DNA of 64,000 nt from Octopus vulgaris. Lineage: Eukaryota. This document shows positions 53,431 through 64,000 of this stretch, one piece after another; position 1 is the stretch's first letter; each line of letters opens with the position of its first letter. A program made the translations under genes and the position numbers. The stretch lies in the NCBI GenBank assembly GCA_951406725.2, contig OX597821.1:63860001-63924000 (forward strand). Direction: 5' to 3'. Below the pieces are notes generated by a model. That model saw only the letters and a list, made by a program, of their open reading frames with translations, made no database searches and was not told where the DNA came from.

Positions 53431-55105
53431 TACAGATGAACCCTGGTATAACACACTATGGTGTGATAAACTTTCAGACCCTAGTCTAGATTGCGAATCC
53501 TCTATACCCCAGGATGGTTCACCTCTCGACCTGTTAAAAGCCACCGTTTACAGAATGACGATAACAACGTAGCTTTCGCGCCCTTGCAACCGCCAGTCTA
53601 TCGCGTGTGGTAGGTGGATCTTCAAGATGCCGCACGCATTCTTAGTAACTTAGAGTAGGCTCGAATTAGACATTATTCTTTGAGTCCTGATTAGAAGAAG
53701 ACAGCAATAACATTAAGATAGCTATTTTGCCAGAGTAAATATACATATGCTCGTAAGCATAGTTAATCCTGTAACACCTTAATTACTGCTATACAGAGAA
53801 ATAAATATTTGTCTTTTTCAGCTTCATATTAAGGAGTTTGTGAGGAAAATTAAGTATTCTTCTACACGCACGAATGGGCGCATGCACACACACACACACA
53901 TACATGCATACATACACATGTGCAGGCATGTATTTATGTGGCAGTAGATTTTCAGCAACTGCTTGCATAAGATAAAGTTCAAACATAAACAATTAATCCA
54001 GCTCGTCCGCGCTTTCAGTTCTGATGTTGTGTTCCAGCGAGAATGTAATATTTGAAGCGTCAAGATTATTAACGAATAATACAGTTTAAATATGTAATAA
54101 TCAAATTTGATTAAGTTGCAACCTATATAAAACCTGAAAAAAACTATTATAGAATGAGAATTTAAAAATTCAATTTCAAGATTTCCAAATTTAGCGAAAA
54201 GTAACACATTTCTGAGAAAGGGTTGCTCATGATTGAATTTACGCTATCACACTTCTCGTAATTATTCTATCAACAGAAAGAGATGGAACCCACTCTCGTT
54301 CCTGAAAGTATTTGAACATACAAACTAAAAGAAGAAATTTAAAACGAGTTAGGTGTTTAATCCGACAATCTAATTTTTGGCCACACTTTTACTATTAATT
54401 CCGTAATGATTGGTTGCGTATTTCTTAATTAAATAATGTTTGAAAATGCGTAGATAATCAAGCCAATTTAGTTATTTAAATAATATACTAAATCCGGTAA
54501 GACATAAATTTAAAAGATAGTCTAATTTAAACCTCAAACATTGCATAATAATTTATTAAGAGTACATTCATTTAAATAATTTCCATTATGCATGTAAGAG
54601 AAAAACATATATAATGAGATTTTTGTACAATTTTAACATTCTCCATATTTTAACTACGCGAAATATTTGTTTTTAATTCCAAGTAGAGAACAAAACAAAT
54701 TTTCATCTTTATAATATTAGATCATAATTGAATAACCTAATTATCTCCATAAATTAATGTTAAGTTAACAAGTATTTGTTATAGCGATTATTTCATATAT
54801 CACATATAAATATTATATTTTGCAAGTATTCTTACTTGTTCCAGTACCTCTTTGACTATAGAACTTCCATTTAGACGAATCGAGTTGTCCCTTGAACTGC
54901 AGACATACTGTGGTGCCGTCTTCTTTAGTTTTTAGTTGCTTATTTGAACAATAAAATGTATTTTATCAATATTTATCTATCAAATGATTAAGTTACTTTC
55001 AAATGTAATATGACGCCATGCGGTATTACAAGACTCCGTCTCCAGCGACAGTCTTGCACACACATGTACATGCACTCTCTCTCTGTCTCTCTCTGTCTGT
55101 CTCTC

Positions 55106-55174
<69 letters not shown>

Positions 55175-56672
55175 TACACACACACACACACAGGCACACA
55201 CGTACAAATGCACACATGGAGTGTTTCAGTAGCTCAGTTCTAGGATCAAAGTCCTGCGTAATGGGATTGACGTGAAAGACACAACTAAGCTAGTTACTGT
55301 CTGTTATGCTTGAATAATACAACTGCACTTGCTCTGAAATGCCAAATTTATTCACTGTAAACTAAAAATTTAAAAGATAAGTGTATATAACTGTTATATG
55401 TAAATATTACAGTATATCTTTCAACCACCAGATTCACGGGTTCAATCAACCAACATGTCATTAATTAGCTATAAAAAGGATATTTAATATCGTCATTCAT
55501 GCCCCATAGTCGAAGTTTTCACATACATACCACCGTGAACATTTGTATAAATAAAATAGATATTGAATTAAAGAATTTGTATATTCTATCTAAATTCATA
55601 CGTTGTCTTTCACCATGCAAATGCTTTCATTAGTACCTTTCGAAATAGGCAGCTAAGTGGCACGATCGTTTGTACGTCGGACGAAATGCTTCACGGTATT
55701 TGGTCCGTCTTTACGGCTCGAGTTAAAATTCCACCGAGGTCACCTTTGCTTTGCATCCTTTCGAAGTCGATAAAAGAACTTTCCAGTCCAAGCACTAGAG
55801 TCGATGAAGTCCCATTCCCCCAACATTTCAAGCTCTGTTCTTATTGCAGAAAGTGTTAATACACTTGGAAAGGGTGGAGAGCTGGAAAAAATCGTTTGAG
55901 CGTCGGAAAGAATGTCATGCGGTAATTGTTCCGGCTCTTTGCATTTTGAATTCAGCTCCCACTCAGTTCGGTGTCTCCTTTGCTCTTTCTAAAACTAATA
56001 AACTAAGTTTCCACTCAAGAACTGGGATCGATCGTATCGACTTATCTCCGTCCTCTAAAAATTGCTGGCCTTGTGCCTGATTCAGAAACTATTAATACGT
56101 CTGGAAAAGATTACACCAGCTTCACCACTTCCTCACAAAGATGCCGTCTCTCATAGATCATCCTTCGTCTTCTCTATAATAAGTGACAAAACATATTGGT
56201 GATTGCTGTTGTCCTAAATACCCCATATTCCTGAAAAACAAACGAGATGATTGTGACTGTAATGCTCGTGACCAAAGTGTGGTACTATTGTAAACACGCC
56301 TGAATAGAGCTTAGAAATAAGCACCACATCTGGCTGTTTAATGAACTCCAACTCTTGAAATTAATAGTGCAAGCGATTGAATAGTTCACAGACAAGAGTA
56401 TTGTTAAAATAATCGTAAAGTCATATTAATGCAGTGACACAGTGTGATACAGTGACACAATGTGACACAGTGTGACAGGTTGGATCTCTGGATCAGAAGT
56501 ATAAGCCAGAGACACAGAATGAGAAGTCTACCTCGATATCTGATTGGCATATTATTGATTTTAAAATTATAAAAGCCATCAAAAGTTATAGTTGTATCAC
56601 CCTCAGTTCTCTGTATGATAAAAATCCCATCAGCTGTTTACCATCTTTTTTTTTTTGCACAGAGATTATATA

Positions 56673-56901
56673 TATTTCTTTACTACCCACAAGGGGCTAA
56701 ACATAGAGGGGACAAACAAGGACAGACAAACGCATTAAGTCGATTATATCGACCCCAGTGCGTAACTGGTACTTTATTTATCGACCCCGAAAGGATGAAA
56801 GGCAAAGTCAACCTCGGCGGAATTTGAACTCGGAACGTAACGACAGACGAAATACGGCTGCGCATTTCGCCCGGCCTGCTAACGTTTCTGCCAGCTCGCC
56901 G
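56673..56901 (-). mobile_element. SINE family B long-tail copy, young
   Basis: Perfect 13-bp TSD cagagattatata at 56660-56672 and 56902-56914. Confidence 0.93.
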
Positions 56902-58014
56902 CAGAGATTATATAATTTAATGTTTCCATTCTTTAAGGTAGTAAAGTATGATGTAATGAAATTTTATTTTGGGTGCAATTTTACCAGGTTCAATAGAAGA
57001 GTGCAGGTTTCTACTTCAGATCGTATGTTCTGATTTCGTCGTAGTCGTCATCGTTGCTGTTTATCTACAAGTCAGTTCTAATCGCCTAGACTTATGATCA
57101 ACATTTTAGCCAGGACCAACACCGCTTTCCAGAGTTTTCTACGAATATTATGCTCATGTGCCCTTATCGTCTCAAAGTTGCTGTGTATGGTTTGAGTAAA
57201 ATGTAACTATCATTTTTTAGCATGTTGGGTGATTTCATACAGCTTCGTTAATATTTTGAAACAATTCTCTCGATGTCTCATGTAGATGCACCAAAGAAAG
57301 TGACTGGCAAAACCGACAGAGCCTTGGTTTAAAAATCTTAGACTCCACGTCTCATTCATTCCGAAATCAAATACAGACAAAATTGACTTTTCCTTTCATC
57401 TCACTCGGGTTTTTTTAATAATTACACATTTTCTACTGGAGCCGATTTGACGCAGAATACGCTCCCACCAAAATTATTTCTAACTATTTTTGAAATATTA
57501 ATTTTAGAATATTTCTAAAACGTATCTAGTCGTTATCTAGTACAAATTCTTTCACTCGTTCACACACTCATGCACTCAGTCTATCTATCTGTTTGTGTCT
57601 TTCTATATATTTTTTTCCAGTCTTTCAGAGGAGGCGGTTAATGAATTTCGTGATTCAGAATTGTTCTGATTTGAAAGCAAGCTAAGAAAGTCATGCAGCG
57701 CACTAAATTCTGTATTAGTTTATCTGTCATGGAGAAATCATAACAAAATGTAATATCAGCTGGAAGTAAATAACGGAAAGCTTATGAAATATTAATATTG
57801 CTGTTGTTCATTCACTTTTATTCGTTGCTATAAATGAAATAATAGCTGTTCTGGCGTGGCTATATTCGAACAACTAGAATCAGACTAGCTGGTGCATTGC
57901 CTAGCATGCACATTCATTCATTGCTATATATATATATAGTCTAATCAGTCTTGCATGTACTTCATGCAGAAAACCCCTGAGTAGAAATGCATTGATTCTT
58001 CAGCTACATATTAG

Positions 58015-60095
58015 TTTTAGATTTTAGCACAAGGCCAGCAATTTCCGGGTTGGGGCTATGTCAATTACATCGACCCCCAGTGCTTGGCTGGTAGCTATTT
58101 CAAAGACTCCGATAAAATAGGATAAAAATCACGATCGACTCGGCATCATTTGCGATTAGAACAGTTAAGTCGGAATAAATACCGCTAAGCATGTTGTCCG
58201 GTGCGGTAACGACACTGCCGCCTCACCGCATTTTTTTCAAGTGTTACATATTAAATGAAAGAAGTTGTAATTTTGGGATTAAGTCAGCAATTTCGGAATG
58301 GGGGCAGGGAGAGCTAATTAATTTATTTATCGGTTCCGAAATAATGAAAGGTAACGTTGTACTCGGCGAGTATTTAATAAAATAATGGTTTCTAATTCTG
58401 AAACAAGGACAGCAAAAGTAGCTTACATCGCCCCTAATATACAACTGTTACTTTTTATATCGACCCCGAAAGGATGCAAAGCAAAACTTGAATTAAATAA
58501 TGCAGGTTGATTGAATCTGAGTTTAAAGAATCTTAATGACTAAATGTATGAAAAAAAAAAGATGTGTTGCTACTATAGGTCTATTACTGGAATAGTGATA
58601 TAAATAATATTATTTATAAATGTAGAATGAAGTAGGTGATTGAATAAGACCTCAGTGTATTACTGTTACATCAACGTTTCAGTATCATAAAATAGATGAA
58701 AGGCGGTGAGCGAGCAGAATTCGTTGCCGCACGGAGCAGAAAGCTTAGCAGAACTTTTCCCAAATTTACGTTCTGAGTTCAAATTATGCGGAGGGCGACC
58801 TTGTCTTTTATCCGATTAAACACTGTTTCACCTCTTCCCTCGAAATTGCTGGACTTATGTAAAAGTTTGAAACCAATATCATAAAAGTAGATAATCCGCT
58901 TGATCATTACGTACATCTATGAAAATATCTACACAAACACGCGCGCGAGTGCAAACGTTTTTTAAAGCATTTTATTCGTGTGCTAATGATTTTGTCAGCT
59001 CGTCGCCTTGTACTTTCTACTGTAGGCACAAGGCCTCAAATTTCGTGGGAGGGGACTAATCAATTACATCGACCCCAGTGTTTCACTGGTACTTAATCTA
59101 TTAACCCCGAAAGGATGAAAGGCAAAATCAACCTCGGCAGAATCTGAATTCAGAACGTAGCGACGGGCGAAATACCGCTAAGCATTTCTTCCAACGTGTT
59201 AACAACTCTGCCAGCTCACCGCCTTCGCTGCTTCATAATAATATGACGTTAGTAAAGACGACTCTGCCTTACATCCCTTCGGGGTCAATAAATTAAGTAC
59301 CAGTTGCGTACTGGGGTCGATCTAATCGACAGGCTGCCTCTCCAAAACTTTCGGGCCTTGTTCCTAGATTAGAAAATAATAATATGACGTTGGTGGACCG
59401 TTTCCTGGGCTGTATTAATTCCAATTATTTTCTAATATTATGAAACATTTTAAGGCGACGAGCAGGCAGAATCGTTATCACGCAAGGGTAAATGTTTAGC
59501 GGCATTTCGTCCATCTTTACGTTCTGAGTTCAAATTCTACTGAGGTCGACTTTGCCTTTCACCCTTTCGGGATCGATAAAAAGAAGTATCAGTTAAGCAC
59601 CAGGTCAATGTAATCGACTTACCCCTAAACTGCAGGCCTTGAGCCAAAATTTTAAGTGAATACTATGAAACATTTTTAAGGCGGCGAGCGGGCAGAAAAG
59701 TTAGCACGCCGGGCGAAATACTCAGTGGTATTTCGTCTGTCTTTACGTTCTGAGTTCAAATTTCAACGCGGTCGACTTTGCCTTTCAACCTTTCGGGGCC
59801 GATAAATTATGTACCAGTTGCGTACAGGTATCGATGTAACCGACTGGCCCCCCTCCCCAAAAATTTCGGACTTTGCGCCTAGAATAGAAAAGAATCACTA
59901 GCTTGCCGGGCAAATTGCTAAATGGTAATGCCATCCGTCTTTTCGTTCAAAGTTAAAATTCTTCCGATGTCACCTTTGCCTTTCATCCTTCGGAAGATGG
60001 TAAAATAAGCACAAATGCATCACTAGGGTCGATATAATCGTCTAGCCCCCTCCCCCAAACATTGAAGTCCTGTGCTTGTAGCAGAAAGGATTATG
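58015..60095. mobile_element. Cluster of about nine family B SINE copies or fragments in both orientations
   Basis: Copies at about 58020-58230(-), 58380-58490(-), 58700-58880(+), 58960-59010(-), 59012-59225(-), 59251-59375(+), 59452-59660(+), 59678-59895(+) and 59900-60095(+). Confidence 0.88.
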
Positions 60096-60947
60096 AAGAT
60101 GCTGTGCTTACATAACATGTTGTTTAGTTGCAGTAGGGTGTTGACGGATGGTGCATGATATAGTCCATGCAATTATCATGATTTCTAAACTATTCTCAGG
60201 GTTACAATTTCTGGAGGACGGTATGTCGATGACTATATACGACCGATTCTTAGAAGACACCAATATTACATACTAATTATGTTACTTTGTTAACGTATAT
60301 CTACTGAAAAGATAAACTGAATACAACAGATATTTTGTCATACACCATCCATCCATCCATCCATCATAGTCGAACCACTTGCCCAAACCAAGGTAACCGT
60401 TTCAACCAGACATCCCGGTCGAGCGACGAGGCTTGAATAAGTGGCCGAAGTTTTAACCATATTGGTGTTTCGCTAGTTGAAACATTTCATCTGCGCTCTC
60501 CACGACTACAGATGATAACAATTAATCGCTAACTGAAGTGGTTGATCCCGATCCTAGCCGTCGATTCTTACTTTGAGTATGTAGTGATAATTACCATTGA
60601 CTCAACAAGTTCATGTACCTAAATAGTTCACATCAACCATGCTGCATCCCATGTACCCTGGTTCGGGTGTAGACATACAGTTTAACCCATAGTTGGGACC
60701 TTGTCAAGTGCTACAGCTCCGAGTTAGAGTAGACCTGGGAACGATGATGGCTAAGAGGTTTTTCTACAGTCGGTGGGTTCTGAAAAGAGTGCAAGTATGA
60801 AAGGGAAATGCACAATGAAAAAATGGGGGGTTACTCAATGGATAAATAAATAGGAAAACCAATTTAAAGTCGAATAGGGGCTAGTGAAATTAAGTCCACA
60901 TAAATAAAAAAAAACCCAAGAACTTTCGAATCGGATGCATTTTTAAA

Positions 60948-61068
60948 GTCATACCCAGCATCAACATTTCCTATGTGCTCACTCATGCAAGTAATAACTA
61001 AGGTTGACGTTGCTTAACTTCGGCAAACTGAAAAGAAACTCTATTTACAACGTGATATTGTCGTAAAG
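60948..61068 (-). pseudogene. 5S rRNA pseudogene (or 5S-derived SINE head)
   Basis: Minus strand tacgacaatatcacgttg...ccgaagttaagcaacgtc..agttattacttgcatgagtgagc..ggaa is colinear over ~120 nt with molluscan 5S rRNA as I recall it, with many substitutions. Confidence 0.85.
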
Positions 61069-63856
61069 AATTATGATAAACTGAAGTGAAAAAAAAGTTC
61101 TTGAAATTGAAACATGAAATATATGACTCATGAGAAGAACGGAACCAGAATATAAATCGAGAGCAATTAAGGAATTTCCTGAAGAAACTTTCGAATGATT
61201 AGCTTTTCATTATGTGAATTGAAAACGTATTATACTTTATTTCTTTCTTACTTTATACACAATATATCATTTTTATCTTTTTTAGACGCCGTATTTGATT
61301 TATTCTTCTTTACGTCATTCTTCATATATATTAAATGTCTTAGAGAAATAGTTTCTTACTTAAATGCGTTTGATTTTCTATGGCTTTAGTTTATGACAGA
61401 AACTGATAGAAAGTGGAGTTATGGAACATGAACTAGACATCGTTTTATTTCTTTGATAGTTGTAATCAAATAACTTAGATGCAAGTTTACTTTAATTACA
61501 GAATTAGTAAAACTCTTTTAAGACTCACTAGTAATTACATTTGCTGAATATAATTCAAATTTTATCTAGTTAGTAGGCTACTAAACTTCCATAAAAGTCT
61601 GTTTAGGAACTTCCCTTTTTGTTGTAAGATGTGAAACATCTTTAATCATGTTTAGTAACGATGTTGTTAGATGAGTGCTTGAATAATTTTCGACAAGCTA
61701 TTTACAAATATTGCCTTAAAACAGAACGGAATTCGATCTAATTAAAATAGTGTCTTTCTTTTGAACGACATTTGTATTGAATGTGTATCAACTTACGATT
61801 CTACCTCACAACCTTGTGGGTTTATTTTTTTAGTTACTTGAAGGATTTCCAGAATCACAAGAAAAGATAAATTGAAAAACCTGAAATGATCTAATATTTT
61901 CTAAAAGATTGTAATTCGTATTATGTTCAGTAAATTTATTTAAATCAAAAGTATTATAGTTTATTTTCTACCTGTAGTTTGTTACGTATGTCTTCATTGT
62001 TCTACTCCATAGCCCAAAATATCAAAATCAGACCATTGCTAATAAAAATTATTCTTTACAATACTATATATATGTGTATTCAGGTATTCGTTTGTTGTTT
62101 TATTTTTAGAAAACAAATCATTAAAAACAAACTCTTTTGATGAAGTATTTGTTATAAATATTTCCCATGCTGTGATTGCCCGCTAGAAACCAGAATCACA
62201 TTAGCAGAGAAAGCACAGAAAATGCAAAATAGCTATAACTATATAGTTTTCGTTATCGAGAATATAATTCAATTTATCGCTTTTAATACCAGAGGGCAGT
62301 AAATGAGACATTATTTCTTTAAATCTATGTTTTGTTAGACAATGGTTTATTGCAAATGTCTGATTTTCTTTCTTAAGTTTCCATTCATGATTTCTGTTGT
62401 ATTCAAATCTGCATGAATTCAGCACAACAAACATTATAAATTTGCCAAGTCACTCCAACATATCGATTAAGAGTTTCTTTTTTGTTTTGTTTTGTCTTGA
62501 TTTCTTCCCCTTTTTTTTCTTTTCAAAATACTGTCTGATATTTTTTTTAAATGGTACCAATGTGGATTTGTTGAAATCATTTTTGAACTGAAGACAAAAA
62601 AAAAACAAAAAAACAAACGAATAAAAGGCAGATAGAAAATTTAGTGCTTCAAAAGCGAACATATATGACAAAAAGAGAAGAGATAAGATGGAAGTAAAGA
62701 TATGGCCAAACCTTGCTTTAATAGAGATTAAAATATTTTTTAAATCAGTTAGAGAGAGAGAGAGAAGGAGACGTATTGTTCAAAATATTGTGAAAAAGCC
62801 AACATACAATAATGTTAGGAGTTACTACACAGCTGCACAGTGGCATAGAAAACTACCTGTGTCTATAATAAAAGCTATAGAAAGCAGTAGTTTAAATGAA
62901 TATTAAATAGAAATAAAATAGGGTAAAAATGAAAACGGTGAATTAACAGAATCGCTAAAGCAGAGATCAAAATTCTGTGCCACTGGCTTTCTGCCCTCTA
63001 AGGTTAAATCTTACCGAAGTCTTTCATTTTCGTCATTCGTCCTTTCGGAGACGATGAACTGGTATGACATCAAAGTCAGCGATTTTGGCGAATTTAAAGC
63101 GTTGGATGCGATTTCTTGTGATATTTGTTCAGCTTCTATATGACCTGTGGTTGTATGAGGCAGATTTCATCCTCCACCTAAAACCACCACTTAGTTCTTA
63201 GGTGTATTTAGCGAAATTTATTCTCTTTCTATTATTCGGTTCAGAGCTTCATTTTCAAAACTCTCTCCCTTCTTTCCGCCAGTCTTTGAGGCCCGGTAAT
63301 CATAGAAGGTTATAGGCGTTTCACCTCACTAAATAAATAAACTAAATAAATAGGCGCAGGCGTGGCTACGTGGTAAGAAACTTGCTTCCCAACCACATGG
63401 TTCTGGGTTCAGTCCCACTCCGTGGCACATAAAGCCAGTATCTTCTACTATATCCTCGGGCTATAGAGACAGTGTCAAGTACAGTTAGACACTCACCAAG
63501 GAGCTCTTCGATATGACAGCAGCATACAGCTCAGCTTCTAGAACAAAACACCATACCCGCGAGAGAAATACAAATAGAGACACGTTATAATCTACATGAC
63601 TAAAGAATTAATTTTCTTAATCAATACGCACACTTCCACAATGACAAGAAATTTCATGAATTCTTTACAAGCAATATGAATATGTGTGTTCTTTTTCTTT
63701 TTTGGGGAAATATCAATTATTTTTGTAAGCGTCTTTCAACATAAATGCGCACAAAATAAACGCTATGCCGATAATGTTTATACAGGCCTGAAAGTAGGAT
63801 ACGAAGAGCCCCAGGAAGTGCAATCAGAGCATACACATTGAAATCTAAATGTGCGT

Positions 63857-63926
<70 letters not shown>

Positions 63927-64000
63927 CTGTGTATCTCTGTGTGTATATGTATGTATATATATATATATATACGCAAATGTAAGCAGACGTATGCAAGGAC

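Noticed and set aside
59235-60095. CRISPR-like or satellite array
   Set aside because: The units are dispersed SINE copies with TSDs, not repeat-spacer arrays.

Overview
AT-rich, microsatellite-dense eukaryotic repeat landscape. The SINE families and the 5S-like sequence point to a coleoid cephalopod, probably Octopus (inference). No intact host protein-coding gene could be supported; nearly all listed ORFs are microsatellite translations. The window holds (i) decayed non-LTR retrotransposons: R4/Dong-like RT and RLE fragments, RTE fragments, and a LINE ORF1 with a CCCH finger; (ii) many tRNA-headed SINEs of at least four modular types; (iii) Tc1/mariner and pogo-type MITEs and a Helentron-like non-autonomous element; (iv) a 5S rRNA pseudogene; and (v) a dense set of Penelope-like (PLE) pieces. 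The PLE set includes a GIY-YIG endonuclease ORF, six or more head-to-head inverted pseudo-LTR structures mostly in (TA)n tracts, and about ten hammerhead ribozyme (HHR) or HHR-like motifs, three with a complete catalytic core. The best candidate for an undescribed system is a SINE-like element with a tRNA-Ile-like Pol III head, an (AAT)n spacer and an HHR-like PLE-type tail. It integrates as an inverted pair with a 12-bp TSD and an asymmetric ~33-bp tail, i.e. a candidate Penelope-mobilised, ribozyme-bearing SINE. Coordinates were read by eye; degenerate element ends are approximate.
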